From positions 194,378 to 258,377 of the forward strand of contig JARXPF010000001.1 of the NCBI GenBank assembly GCA_029887765.1: 64,000 nucleotides of DNA, read 5' to 3'. Source of the DNA: Thermoproteota archaeon (GTDB lineage Archaea > Thermoproteota > Methanomethylicia > Methanomethylicales > Methanomethylicaceae). A program made the position numbers and the translations under genes. Below the pieces are notes generated by a model. It had not been told where the DNA came from. It did not search any database and was given only the letters and a program-made list of their open reading frames with translations. Below, in pieces: positions 9,711 through 20,174 of this stretch (within the stretch, counting starts at the first letter, position 1; each line of letters begins with the position of its first letter).

Positions 9711-10880
9711 TTACTGTCTTTTTAAAATTTTCATTATAATATCCAAAGGAGCGTCTGTTTTAAAACCTTTTGGATTAAAATGAGTTCTACTTGCTTTAAA
9801 TCCAGCTTCTTTTAATTTTTCAATAATAAAAGAAATAGGAGGGGGAGATATTTTTATTCTACTACAAATTTTATCAACAAGAAAATAAGTAATAGGCATT
9901 TCACTTTCTTCAAGAAGTAAGTTTATTAATTTTTTAATTCTCTTATGTGTATTAAATTCTAAAATATTTTGATTATTCATTGAAATTAAAAATTCTTTAT
10001 TAATAAGTTTTCCAAGCCATAAAGGTCCAGCTCTTTTTACTTCAAATGAACAATATGGACACTCATTTATAATACGTTCATTTAATAAAGCTGAATCTCT
10101 CCAACCACATTTTTCACAATAAAATATATATCCCAAAAAAGAGGCAGAGTTATCTGCTTTCTTAGCACTTAAATCAAGCTTAACATATGCTCTAAAGTAG
10201 TGATCTACACTATAAGAAAGTATTACATCAATTCCAAAGTCATGCTTAATAGATGCTTGAACAATGCTTCCTAAAAGAATTCTTAAACCAATTTCATGAC
10301 AAAAATCAGTTTTAATAGATATAGCACCATATTTTCTAAAACATGCTTTTTGATAAACTCCACAAAGTGGAGCTGTGTCAGTTGCAGTTACTGCTAATAT
10401 GCCCCCATTTTTAATTGCTTTAATTGATGCATCTAAAAAATTAATTGGAGATCCAAATGGATCTAAATCTATAAAATCAAATCTTTCATTATGTTTTGAA
10501 TGTTCAATTAATAGTAAATTTGCATCCTTACATTCAATTTTTACAATATTTTCAAGATTATTAATTTTTACATTTTGAACAATAATTGGAATTGCGAATT
10601 TATTTAAATCATTAACAATGCAATTACTTACTCCTTTAACTTCTTTTGCATATCTTATTCCTCTAGCACCAACTCCTGCTAATGGATCGCATATAATTAA
10701 ATCATTTTTCTTATTTGAAATTTCTCTTAATACCATAACACCAATATCTCTACTAAATTCCATTTTTGGATTATAAAAAACAATTGCCCTTGATGGATCA
10801 TAACTACCTTTTCTAGCATATTCAGAAAAATCTGGAACTATAAGTGTAGTAATACCTTCTTTTACTTGAATTAATCGCAA
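9711..10880 (-). CDS. trm1: tRNA (guanine26-N2)-dimethyltransferase
   Basis: 389 aa, Trm1 N-terminus and ICDPLAGVGARGIRYA SAM motif. Confidence 0.8.
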   Translation of the reverse strand: MRLIQVKEGITTLIVPDFSEYARKGSYDPSRAIVFYNPKMEFSRDIGVMVLREISNKKNDLIICDPLAGVGARGIRYAKEVKGVSNCIVNDLNKFAIPIIVQNVKINNLENIVKIECKDANLLLIEHSKHNERFDFIDLDPFGSPINFLDASIKAIKNGGILAVTATDTAPLCGVYQKACFRKYGAISIKTDFCHEIGLRILLGSIVQASIKHDFGIDVILSYSVDHYFRAYVKLDLSAKKADNSASFLGYIFYCEKCGWRDSALLNERIINECPYCSFEVKRAGPLWLGKLINKEFLISMNNQNILEFNTHKRIKKLINLLLEESEMPITYFLVDKICSRIKISPPPISFIIEKLKEAGFKASRTHFNPKGFKTDAPLDIIMKILKRQ

Positions 10881-11408
10881 TTAATTTCTCCCCATGAAAT
10901 AATTTGCAATTTCTTTAGCTATATGTATTCTATTAATCTCATTTACTTCAAAAAATCTAATATTAGGAAATTCAATAGAAAAATTTTTAACTAAAGATTT
11001 ATGAATAATTGCTATTATTGATTTATTACTTTTCAAGATGTCCATTATAAGTTCATAAAATTTTTTACTCTTTAATTCCATTGGTCCTATCTCATCAATT
11101 ACTGTTAAATCTAATTCTTCTATTGACTTCTTAATTGCAGGAATTGCTATTTTTTCTAAATCTTCTAAATTAACATAATATTTTCCAACCATTGGACCTT
11201 TAAAAAAATCCATAGAGGCTAAAATTCCTTTATTATTTGAAGCTATATCAATTATCTCAAATCCAATTCTTTTTCCATTTTTTCTAATTTCTGGACAAGT
11301 TATTCCTCCAATTTTAAAACCATTATTTTTTAGAATAGTTATAACTTCTTTTAATACTGTGGATTTTCCTACACCAGGCCGTCCAGTAATAAAAACTTTT
11401 TTCATCAA
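10881..11408 (-). CDS. P-loop NTPase THEP1 family
   Basis: 175 aa, GRPGVGKST Walker A, THEP1-like size. Confidence 0.55.
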   Translation of the reverse strand: MMKKVFITGRPGVGKSTVLKEVITILKNNGFKIGGITCPEIRKNGKRIGFEIIDIASNNKGILASMDFFKGPMVGKYYVNLEDLEKIAIPAIKKSIEELDLTVIDEIGPMELKSKKFYELIMDILKSNKSIIAIIHKSLVKNFSIEFPNIRFFEVNEINRIHIAKEIANYFMGRN

Positions 11409-11493
11409 TTTAAATAAAAATTCTCACTTTAATAATTTTATCTAGGAGGAAGATTTAATAGAAAAATTAGAAATTTTATAGAAAAATTTCCTA

Positions 11494-12117
11494 ATGGTGA
11501 TTCAAACGAAATTAATAGCTGGAATAGACGAAGCTGGAAGGGGACCAGTAATAGGGCCAATGGTAGTTGCTGGTATTGCTATATATGAAAAAGATGAGGC
11601 AAATCTTTTAGAATTAGGAGTAAAAGATTCTAAAAAATTAAGTTATAAAAAAAGAGAAGAACTTTATGAAAAAATAATAAAGATAGTGAAATATCATATA
11701 GAAGTTATTGATGCTGAAACTATTGATAAAGAAAGAAAAAAGAAAAATTTAAATGATATTGAAATTGATTTAATAATAAAAATTATTAATAAATTAAAGC
11801 CAGATGTTGTCCAAATTGGAAGTCCTGATATAAATATAAAAAATTTTGTAAATAAAATAATAATGAAGGTAAAGAATATTCAAATAATTTCAGTTCATCA
11901 TGCAGAAAGTATTTTTCCCACAGTAGCAGCTGCTTCAATATTAGCAAAAGTTACAAGAGATAGAATTATTGAAAATTTAAAGAAAATATATGGAGATTTT
12001 GGTTCTGGCTATCCTTCAGATCCAAAAACAAAAGATTTTATATTAAATGCTGTAAAAAAAGGGGAAATACCGAATATAATAAGAAAAAGTTGGAAAACTT
12101 ATATTAATTTAATTTAA
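11494..12117 (+). CDS. rnhB: ribonuclease HII
   Basis: IAGIDEAGRGPVIGPMVV motif. Confidence 0.85.
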   Translation: MVIQTKLIAGIDEAGRGPVIGPMVVAGIAIYEKDEANLLELGVKDSKKLSYKKREELYEKIIKIVKYHIEVIDAETIDKERKKKNLNDIEIDLIIKIINKLKPDVVQIGSPDINIKNFVNKIIMKVKNIQIISVHHAESIFPTVAAASILAKVTRDRIIENLKKIYGDFGSGYPSDPKTKDFILNAVKKGEIPNIIRKSWKTYINLI

Positions 12118-13030
12118 GCATTTGCTCAAGTTCTTTCTTATATTCAATTCTTTTAATTTCATCTATAGAAATTGTAGTTATATTGAAATTCCTTCCACCT
12201 AAGTTTGTTACAAGTATTGGATTTGTTTTAAGAATTTTTCCAATATTAATAGCATCTTCAATCTTATTATTTAAAGCTTCAATATTCAAACCTTCATCTG
12301 TTAAGAAACTTACTTCTAAATCTTTTACATGAACTTCAATAGGAGCATTATTTAATCCAATAGTTCTATAACCTATTTTTTTAAGCTTATTATGAAGTTG
12401 CTTAGCAATTACTCCAGAAGGGGCTTTATCAATAACTTCTATTTGATTTTTCCATTTGAATATGTCTATCTCCATGGTTATATCTTCATTCAATACTTCC
12501 TTCATTCTTAATGCAGTTCTTAAAGTAGCACCCATATTAGAATTCTCATATTCATATATTGCTTTTCTACTTACACCTACCATATTTGCAAGTTCTCCAA
12601 GAGAGAGTTTATTCTTAATTCTTAATTTTCTAAGTTTCTCTCCATTTATTCTAAAGTATAATCCTCCTCTTTTAGCATAAGCAATTGGAAATTTTCTATA
12701 TAATACACTATTTCTAAATGTATTTAAATTAACAACATTTATATTAAAATGTTCATGAATGATCCCATCTTCAATAGAACCAATTTGATCTCTTTCACTA
12801 ACTATAAGAGGAGTTGCTGAAAATGCACTAGCCAAAGATCCTAAATTTTCAACAACTTCCTTTTTTTCACTATCAACATTTGTAGAAGCACGTAAAAGTA
12901 ATTTAATATCATTTTTCTTAGCAACTATTTGAACACAATAATTAGAGGATACAATATATGTATTAAAGTCTGCTTTATTTAATATATTATTAACTTCTGA
13001 TAAAATATTAGCAATTTTTCTTCTCATCAA
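12104..13030 (-). CDS. conserved archaeal HTH-XRE transcription regulator (COG1395-like)
   Basis: 308 aa with a central HTH_3 (LRKLRIKNKLSLGELANMVGVSRKAIYEYE). Confidence 0.5.
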   Translation of the reverse strand: MMRRKIANILSEVNNILNKADFNTYIVSSNYCVQIVAKKNDIKLLLRASTNVDSEKKEVVENLGSLASAFSATPLIVSERDQIGSIEDGIIHEHFNINVVNLNTFRNSVLYRKFPIAYAKRGGLYFRINGEKLRKLRIKNKLSLGELANMVGVSRKAIYEYENSNMGATLRTALRMKEVLNEDITMEIDIFKWKNQIEVIDKAPSGVIAKQLHNKLKKIGYRTIGLNNAPIEVHVKDLEVSFLTDEGLNIEALNNKIEDAINIGKILKTNPILVTNLGGRNFNITTISIDEIKRIEYKKELEQMLKLN

Positions 13031-13063
13031 ATATTAAAAAATTGAAAAAGAGAAATATAAAAA

Positions 13064-13489
13064 TTAAACTATTGATTCAGAAAATTTGTAACCAAAAGTA
13101 ATAAGAGATGGAAATTTTCCTATAAGCTCAATAATCTCTGGTAAAAATATGAATTTATCAGTTTCTTCTTTTTTTAATACTCTATTTATTACAGCTATTT
13201 CTAATGGATTGCCTAAGATTGTAAAAACTCCTCTTTTACTCCCAGATTCTTTCACTATAACTATAGGTAAATTAACATATTTACATTCTTCTTCAGATAA
13301 ATAAGAAGAAAGCTCTTTAAGTTCATTTTTATTAAAAGATACTTTCTCATTTGCCATATTTATATAATGAGGATCTTCTTCAATTAATAAATTACTTAAT
13401 GGCTTTCTAGTTTTAGGAAGATTTTCATTTAATCTTTTTAATTCTATTTCCCAAAAAAGTTTTGTTAATCTATCTTCTTCATTCATCAT
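13064..13489 (-). CDS. hypothetical protein upstream of fibrillarin/Nop5
   Basis: 141 aa, no motif; overlaps the fibrillarin stop. Confidence 0.3.
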   Translation of the reverse strand: MMNEEDRLTKLFWEIELKRLNENLPKTRKPLSNLLIEEDPHYINMANEKVSFNKNELKELSSYLSEEECKYVNLPIVIVKESGSKRGVFTILGNPLEIAVINRVLKKEETDKFIFLPEIIELIGKFPSLITFGYKFSESIV

Positions 13490-14172
13490 GTAAACTCTCC
13501 TAAAACCATTGCATGATCTTTGTCAAAAGGATCCAATCTTTTTACATCTAAAACTCTTATACCTCCATCTTCCATAATTTTTATTTCTTTTTTAAAAATC
13601 TCTGTAGGTTCTTTTGTAACGTCAATACTTCTAGCTTTTATTGCAATCATGACTTTTCCTTTTTTTCTTAAATAATATTCAGCATTATCTATCAAAATAT
13701 TAGCTTGATCTGGTTGTGCAACATCACAATATATTACATCTACTATTTCAACAAATGTTCTATAGGAAGAAGGAATTCTAGCATCTGCTAATATAGGAAT
13801 CATATTTTTTCGTAATTTAGAAACTTCTATAAGTTCTTTCATAACTCTTGGAGAAAATTCAATGCAAAATATTTTTCCTTTTTCACCAATAATGTCAGAA
13901 ACATGACTTGCAGTTGTTCCACTTGCTGCACCTAAATATAAAATACGTGTACCTTCTTTTATTGGAATTTCAATTATTCCTTTCTCTATAGAAGCTGCAA
14001 GTTTGCTTCTAAAAGGATCCCAAGCTCTATATTCTTCATCTTTAAATCTATATAATTGTTCTCCATACACTCTAATTCCAGGAGTTAAATTTTTAGTAGC
14101 TAATCTTTCAATAGTTTCATCTTCCACTATGTATATATTAGAAAATTTTGGATGTGATTTTACATTTACCAT
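13486..14172 (-). CDS. flpA: fibrillarin (rRNA/tRNA 2'-O-methyltransferase)
   Basis: VLYLGAASGTTASHVSDI SAM motif, 228 aa. Confidence 0.9.
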   Translation of the reverse strand: MVNVKSHPKFSNIYIVEDETIERLATKNLTPGIRVYGEQLYRFKDEEYRAWDPFRSKLAASIEKGIIEIPIKEGTRILYLGAASGTTASHVSDIIGEKGKIFCIEFSPRVMKELIEVSKLRKNMIPILADARIPSSYRTFVEIVDVIYCDVAQPDQANILIDNAEYYLRKKGKVMIAIKARSIDVTKEPTEIFKKEIKIMEDGGIRVLDVKRLDPFDKDHAMVLGEFT

Positions 14173-14178
14173 AAATTA

Positions 14179-15348
14179 TCACTTCTTCTTTTTTAATTTT
14201 TTAGTTGGTACTGCATATTTCTTCTTTATTTCACTTATTCTTTCCTCTAATTCTTTTTTTAATTTATTTGCAATAAAAGCACCACCAAAAGCATCAACCC
14301 TTGCAGCAATAGACAGCTTTCCTGCAAGCGTCCTTGCAATTTTTCCTCTTTGCCACTTAGGAGATGAATGAATTAATGGACTTTGGAAAATTATACCATG
14401 TTTTGGAGGCCTAGCACCAGTTCTTAGTGCTCTAAATAAAGCTTTCTCAGCACCTAATACTTGTATTGTACTTGCAGGTTTTTTAGCAAGAGCTTCTAAT
14501 CCTCCACTTAATGCAATTAATCTTGCGCCAAGAATTGATCCTACTAATTCTCTTACATTAGGAGCCACTTCCTTCATTACTTCATCAATATATTTCTCAA
14601 GAGATTCTCTATAAGAGTATAAGTTTAAACAAATTCTTGCTAATTCTTGAATTTTTTCCACATCTTTTTCTCTAATTTCAGCACCTATAGATTTCTCCAA
14701 AAGTTCCATTATTGTTTTTGATTTATTTTCATTATGAATAATTTCTTCTAATAAATTAAATTTATAATTAGATCTTTCACCAAATTCACTTACAATTTTA
14801 AGATAAGTTTTATGATCTTGAATTAAATCTCCAAGCTCAGGAAAATGAAGGCCGTACCATTCTCTTACTCTAGAAACCAATATATTTATAATTTTTTCAA
14901 CTTCATCAAGAGAAGTTACAGCTTGAGCTACTAATTTATCTCTTTTTTCAAATGCTAAACGTATTTTTGTTTTAGTAAGTAGTTCTGCTACTTCTTTTTG
15001 TACTTTTATTAAAAAAGAGTTATCAAAACCTATTTTAGACCATTCTCCAATAGGGTCTATTCTAAAAGCCCTCCCTGCAGCACTTGGAGAAATTACATTA
15101 AATTGAAGATTAAATTTAGATTTCAAAGCCATGGCTTCTTTTTCATTCTCAACAATTACTGTATCATAACCAAAATTTGAGATTTCTTTTATAAGATCTT
15201 CTAATAATGAACAAGTCCCTGTTCTTTCTAATTCTAATAACTGTAAAGTAGCTTCATTAGTATCTTTAAAATTTTTAGTAGTAATTATTTTTAAATCTTC
15301 ATCATAAGCAATAAATCCATAAAAACTATCTACTATATAGCACTTCAA
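14179..15348 (-). CDS. nop5: C/D box snoRNP protein Nop5/Nop56
   Basis: 389 aa with coiled-coil and NOP domains, adjacent to fibrillarin. Confidence 0.85.
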   Translation of the reverse strand: MKCYIVDSFYGFIAYDEDLKIITTKNFKDTNEATLQLLELERTGTCSLLEDLIKEISNFGYDTVIVENEKEAMALKSKFNLQFNVISPSAAGRAFRIDPIGEWSKIGFDNSFLIKVQKEVAELLTKTKIRLAFEKRDKLVAQAVTSLDEVEKIINILVSRVREWYGLHFPELGDLIQDHKTYLKIVSEFGERSNYKFNLLEEIIHNENKSKTIMELLEKSIGAEIREKDVEKIQELARICLNLYSYRESLEKYIDEVMKEVAPNVRELVGSILGARLIALSGGLEALAKKPASTIQVLGAEKALFRALRTGARPPKHGIIFQSPLIHSSPKWQRGKIARTLAGKLSIAARVDAFGGAFIANKLKKELEERISEIKKKYAVPTKKLKKKK

Positions 15349-15396
15349 GTGTTTTTACACCAATCAAAAATAATAGTAAAATATATTTAAATTGTT

Positions 15397-15999
15397 TTAT
15401 TTCCAATATCCTTTACATATTAAATATATTTCTGAACTATGTATTCTAGAAGCTTTTGGCTTATATAATTTAACATAATTAAACATTCCTCTTATTTCTT
15501 TTAATAAATTATTAAATTCTGAGCCCATAATTATTTTCATTAATGCATTTCCATTTTTCTTAAGAAGTATAGGAAAAAGTGAGATTATATATTTTGAAAT
15601 AGCAATTTGTCTTGCATGATCCAATTCATGAATTCCTGTAAATTTAGGAGCAATATCAGAAAGTATGACATCTACAGGTCCATTTGATAATTCAATAATT
15701 TTTTTAATAATATTCGAGTCTCTAATATCGCCTTTTATAAAAAATACATTTTCATAATCTAATGGATGAATTTGTGAAATATCAATTCCTATAACTTTTC
15801 CTTTTTCGCCCACAATGCTTCTTGCTACTTGAAGCCAACCTCCTGGTGCTGCTCCTAAATCTAATACTACATCTCCTTCTTTTATAATATGATAGCGATT
15901 TGAGATTTCTAATAGTTTTAGAGCTGCTCTAGATCTAAATCCTAATCTTTTAGCTTCTCTATAATAAGAGTCTCTAAGTATTTTCACTCTTATTTTCAC
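15397..15999 (-). CDS. rrmJ: rRNA (uridine-2'-O)-methyltransferase RrmJ/FtsJ
   Basis: RSRAALKLLEI...DLGAAPGGWLQ. Confidence 0.8.
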   Translation of the reverse strand: MKIRVKILRDSYYREAKRLGFRSRAALKLLEISNRYHIIKEGDVVLDLGAAPGGWLQVARSIVGEKGKVIGIDISQIHPLDYENVFFIKGDIRDSNIIKKIIELSNGPVDVILSDIAPKFTGIHELDHARQIAISKYIISLFPILLKKNGNALMKIIMGSEFNNLLKEIRGMFNYVKLYKPKASRIHSSEIYLICKGYWK

Positions 16000-16357
16000 C
16001 AGAAGAAAGTAATTTTTGATACTCCATTTTTATTGCAATTGTTAATTTTTCACAATTTTCAGGTGATATTGGCTGGCCTCTTCCACATCTTTCTAAATTC
16101 GGGCATGTTGTACATGGAGCCCAACCTATATCATCAAGTTCCACTCTTTGCTCTTTCTTTAAAAGAGATATTTTATAAGTAACTCTTCCATCATCAATAA
16201 ATTTCTCTCTCTTTATTATACCATTCTTCTCAAGTAATTTAAGAACTTTTGATATAGTTTTAGCATTTACACCAAGTTGCTTCGGTAATCTACTTTGAAT
16301 TAATTCACCTGAGTTGTGTAACATTGATAATATTTGATCTACTAATCTCTCTGACAA
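15974..16357 (-). CDS. wHTH DNA-binding protein with C-terminal Cys cluster
   Basis: 127 aa; N-terminal wHTH-like region followed by CTTCPNLERCGRGQPISPENC. Confidence 0.4.
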   Translation of the reverse strand: MSERLVDQILSMLHNSGELIQSRLPKQLGVNAKTISKVLKLLEKNGIIKREKFIDDGRVTYKISLLKKEQRVELDDIGWAPCTTCPNLERCGRGQPISPENCEKLTIAIKMEYQKLLSSGENKSENT

Positions 16358-16389
16358 TTATATTCATAGAAAAATTAGGAAGTGAGAAG

Positions 16390-17322
16390 TTATAAATATA
16401 TCTCCAAATTAAGCTTTTCCAAAAGTTCCTTGTATCTATTTCTAACAGTAACTTCAGTAACACCTGCTGCATTTGCTATATCTTTTTGAGTTCTTTTTTT
16501 ATCCATAAGTATACTTGCAATATATATAGCAGCAGCTGCAATACCTATTGGTCCTTTTCCTGAAGTTAAACCAGCATTATATGCTGATTTTATAATTTCT
16601 ATAGACTTCTTTTGAACAGATCCATCTAAGTATAGCTTAGATATAAGACGAGGAATATAACTGATTGGATCTGTTGGAAGAACTTTTAACATAAGTTCAT
16701 TAGATAAGAATCTAAAACTTCTTGCAATTTCTTTTTTATTTGCCCTACATACTTTTGAAATCTCATCCAAAGTTATTGGTATGTTATGTTGCCTACATGC
16801 AATATACAATACAGCACCAGTAACACCCTCTATGGATCTACCACGTACAAGTTGATTTTCAACAGCTTTTCTATAAATAAGAGCTGAAGTTTCTTGTACA
16901 TTTCTAGAAAGACCAAGTTGAGAAATCATACGTTCTAATTCTGAAAGAGCAAAAGCCAGATTTCTCTCTGATGCATCAGAAACTCTTATTCTTCTTTGCC
17001 ATTTTCTAAGTCTATATATTTGAGCACGTTTTTTCGATGTTAATAATTTTCCATGACCATCTTTATCTCTCCAATCTATTACAGTAGACAATCCTTTATC
17101 ATGAATTGTCAATGTGAGTGGTGCTCCAGTTCTTGATCTTTTTTCTTTTTGCTCATTATTAAAAACACGCCATTCAGGACCAAAATCTACTAATTTATCA
17201 CTTATTACAAGACCACAATATTTACATGTAATTTCTGCTCTATCTTGATCTATTATTAGTGATTTATTTTTACATTCAGGACAAACTAAATCATCAAGAT
17301 TAATTTGAAAATCTTCTATCAT
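16390..17322 (-). CDS. tfb: transcription initiation factor IIB
   Basis: N-terminal Zn ribbon (CPECKN..CKYCG) plus two cyclin repeats, 310 aa. Confidence 0.9.
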   Translation of the reverse strand: MIEDFQINLDDLVCPECKNKSLIIDQDRAEITCKYCGLVISDKLVDFGPEWRVFNNEQKEKRSRTGAPLTLTIHDKGLSTVIDWRDKDGHGKLLTSKKRAQIYRLRKWQRRIRVSDASERNLAFALSELERMISQLGLSRNVQETSALIYRKAVENQLVRGRSIEGVTGAVLYIACRQHNIPITLDEISKVCRANKKEIARSFRFLSNELMLKVLPTDPISYIPRLISKLYLDGSVQKKSIEIIKSAYNAGLTSGKGPIGIAAAAIYIASILMDKKRTQKDIANAAGVTEVTVRNRYKELLEKLNLEIYL

Positions 17323-17587
17323 TCTTTTTTCCTCCTAATTTTTTTAAAAAAATAGGAATACCAACTATTTCATCTTTATTCAAATTTCGTGAAGGCTTTA
17401 TTAAAGCATATGGATTTGCAACAGGTCCAAAGATATCTATGATAATTCCTAGTTTTCTTCCATCCTTAAGATATACAAATGATCCTAATTTTGGTGGAAT
17501 TTTTATTCTTGCAAGAATTAAATTGCTTTTAGAAATACTGAGAACTTGCCCTATTTCACTCAGTACATCATTGTGAGAAGATCTCAT
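17300..17587 (-). CDS. gar1: H/ACA RNP protein Gar1
   Basis: 95 aa, [35 protein letters not shown] Gar1 pattern. Confidence 0.7.
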   Translation of the reverse strand: MRSSHNDVLSEIGQVLSISKSNLILARIKIPPKLGSFVYLKDGRKLGIIIDIFGPVANPYALIKPSRNLNKDEIVGIPIFLKKLGGKKNDRRFSN

Positions 17588-18001
17588 TATAGAATTAATC
17601 CAAAAAATCCAATATATTCTTTATGGTGGTTGCCCATTTCATTAACTACTCTCTATAGGCATTTTAATTTATGTAGATATGATTCACTATTCGTGGGATT
17701 ATTGAGGACTACCTCAGCAGTCAATACGAGTCAATCTTAAGGAATTTATATTTTTCCACCTCTGATAATTATAGAATTACCATTGAGACAAGAGATTTAT
17801 ACAAGCTACGTATTGAATAATAAATGTTTTTCCTGCATTGTTTAAATCTTTCTAGATTAGAAATTAAATTTCTATAGGGAAATTACAATCTAAGCCTCTA
17901 CTTTCTGTTCACCTTAACGTTCTTCAGTCTCACTATCGATAAGTTCACTTTATGTACCTTAGCAATCTCACTAATAATCTTTAAAAATAATTAAAATAGC
18001 T

Positions 18002-18292
18002 TTAAGGTCTATGTTTTCTATTTTTCCTTATTATTTCACAAATTTTAATAAGTAATTTTAGTTTTTTATCAGATTTTTTAACTAATACTCTTCCAGATTT
18101 ATCCCAAGGAGTTCTAGGAAAAGCCTTATTTTTTTCAATTAAAACATCTAATCCAAGTTCTTTACATGCATTTAAAATTTCTTCAATAGATGGAGATTCT
18201 ACAGCTATTTTCTTTGATACTTTTCTACCCTCATTTCTTGAAAGAGAAGAATTAATATATGATGGCCAAATAACAATGTATTCTTTTTCCAT
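18002..18292 (-). CDS. srp19: signal recognition particle protein SRP19
   Basis: 96 aa, MEKEYIVIWPSYINSSLSRNEGRKV SRP19 N-terminus. Confidence 0.75.
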   Translation of the reverse strand: MEKEYIVIWPSYINSSLSRNEGRKVSKKIAVESPSIEEILNACKELGLDVLIEKNKAFPRTPWDKSGRVLVKKSDKKLKLLIKICEIIRKNRKHRP

Positions 18293-18340
18293 AATAAATT
18301 AATATATATTTAAGAATTAAAATATTTTAAGGGTTTGTAA

Positions 18341-18697
18341 ATGCATGAATTCTCACTAGCACTATCAATGATAAATTATATAGAAGAAATTTGTAAGAAG
18401 AATGGAATTAAGAAAATAGATTCCATTCATATAGAGATAGGTGGAATGACTCATATTGATCCTTCACAATTTAGATTTTGTTTTAAATTTTTGAGTAAAG
18501 AAATCCTAGGAGGTACTTTTAGACTTTATATAAAAAAAGTTAAACCTAAATTAATATGTAATAATTGTAAAAAAATTATTGAACTTGATATGAAAAAAAT
18601 AAATGAATTCAATTTTAAATGCCCAAATTGTGAAGGAGAATTAATTATTGAAAAAGGAAAAGAACTAACTCTTAAGAGAATAAAAGGAAGGAAATAG
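18341..18697 (+). CDS. hypA: hydrogenase nickel-insertion protein HypA
   Basis: MHEFSLA start, two CxxC pairs at the C-terminus. Confidence 0.8.
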   Translation: MHEFSLALSMINYIEEICKKNGIKKIDSIHIEIGGMTHIDPSQFRFCFKFLSKEILGGTFRLYIKKVKPKLICNNCKKIIELDMKKINEFNFKCPNCEGELIIEKGKELTLKRIKGRK

Positions 18698-18699
18698 TA

Positions 18700-19086
18700 T
18701 TATTTAAGAAGGATGGCATTTAATATACCATCCTGTCCTGGTCTTGATGTTATTTTTGCTAAACCCAATTCAGTTTCAACAATTGCTCCTTTAGTTATTA
18801 TTCCTCTTCTAGCATAATCTACATTAGATGGATTATCCTTCACTCTTAATATGCGACACTTCTTAGTAGTATGAGTTTTAGTATTAGTAACATTAACAAA
18901 TAATGCTTCATAAACTCTTATTTTTCTATTACCACCATAAGTCCTTATTGAAACTCTCTCTTCTTTTTCCTTTGCTAAAGAAGTTTCAGTAGGTGGAGAG
19001 CCTAATTCATATTTCCTCTTCTCTCTACTATATCTAAGAATACCACCAGTTGGTTTTTTATTATCCCTCCCTTGATAGTAACTCAT
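18700..19086 (-). CDS. rps8e: ribosomal protein S8e
   Basis: MSYYQGRDNKKPTGG...RRGIITKGAIVETELG. Confidence 0.8.
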   Translation of the reverse strand: MSYYQGRDNKKPTGGILRYSREKRKYELGSPPTETSLAKEKEERVSIRTYGGNRKIRVYEALFVNVTNTKTHTTKKCRILRVKDNPSNVDYARRGIITKGAIVETELGLAKITSRPGQDGILNAILLK

Positions 19087-19148
19087 GTTTGACCCTCAGA
19101 AAACTAAAGTTGTAAAAATAAAAATATAAGGTTTTTTAATTTCATAAT

Positions 19149-20174
19149 ATGATTCCAAATAGAATTCAATTAAGTCATGGTGCTGGCGGTACTATAATGA
19201 ATGATTTAATAAAAGAAGTAATTCTTAAGAGAATAAGTATTAGAAGAGTTGGAAGTGGTATTGGATTAGATGAACTTGATGACGGTGCTACTATTCCATT
19301 AAATAATAAAGAAATAGTAGTATCAGGTGATGCATATACAGTAAGTCCTATATTTTTCCCAGGAGGAGATATAGGAAAATTAGCAGTTTGTGGAACTATA
19401 AATGATTTAGCAGTAATGGGTGCAAAACCAATAGCAATGATTGATACAATAGTTGTAGAAGAAGGATTTTTAATTGAAGATCTTAAAAAAATTATTGATT
19501 CAATGAATGAAGTTATAAAAGAAGTTGGTTTAGCAATTGTACATGGAGATTTTAAAGTAATGCCAAAAGGAAAATTGGATGGAATTATTATATCAACAGC
19601 AGGATTAGGCATTTTATATAAAGGAAAACCAATACTTGATTCTGGATTAAGAGATGGAGATAAAATAATAGTAAGTGGTCCAATAGGTGAACATGGTATA
19701 GTAATAGCTTCTCTTAGAGAAGGAATTTCTTTTAAAACAAATATATTATCAGATGTTGCTCCACTTTGGGAATTAATGAAAAAAGCAATGGATGTTGGAG
19801 AGATAACTGCAGCTAAGGATCCAACAAGAGGCGGATTAGCTATGGCTTTAAATGAAATGGCATCAAAATCCAATGTAAGCATATGGATAAATGAAGAAGA
19901 TATTCCTATTAATGAAGAAGTAAGGGGAATTTGTGAAATGTTAGGACTAGATCCACTTGAACTTGCATGTGAAGGAAGGGTAGTAATGGGTGTTAAAAAT
20001 GAATATGCTGAAGAAGTTTTAGAAGAAATTAGGACTACAAAAGAAGGAAGAAATGCAAAAATAATTGGATGTGTAAAAAAAGAAAGGCCTGGATTTGTAA
20101 TTATGGAAACAGTAGTAGGAGGGAAAAGAGTAATAAATCCTCCTTTAGGAGAACCAACGCCTAGAATTTGTTAA
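19149..20174 (+). CDS. hypE: hydrogenase maturation protein HypE
   Basis: PurM-like fold and a C-terminal PRIC motif. Confidence 0.85.
   Translation: MIPNRIQLSHGAGGTIMNDLIKEVILKRISIRRVGSGIGLDELDDGATIPLNNKEIVVSGDAYTVSPIFFPGGDIGKLAVCGTINDLAVMGAKPIAMIDTIVVEEGFLIEDLKKIIDSMNEVIKEVGLAIVHGDFKVMPKGKLDGIIISTAGLGILYKGKPILDSGLRDGDKIIVSGPIGEHGIVIASLREGISFKTNILSDVAPLWELMKKAMDVGEITAAKDPTRGGLAMALNEMASKSNVSIWINEEDIPINEEVRGICEMLGLDPLELACEGRVVMGVKNEYAEEVLEEIRTTKEGRNAKIIGCVKKERPGFVIMETVVGGKRVINPPLGEPTPRIC

Noticed and set aside
14003-14371. 122-aa plus-strand ORF spanning the fibrillarin/nop5 junction
   Set aside because: It overlaps two conserved minus-strand genes and has no features.
19175-19882. 235-aa minus-strand ORF inside hypE
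   Set aside because: It is antisense to a strongly conserved HypE coding sequence and has no motifs.
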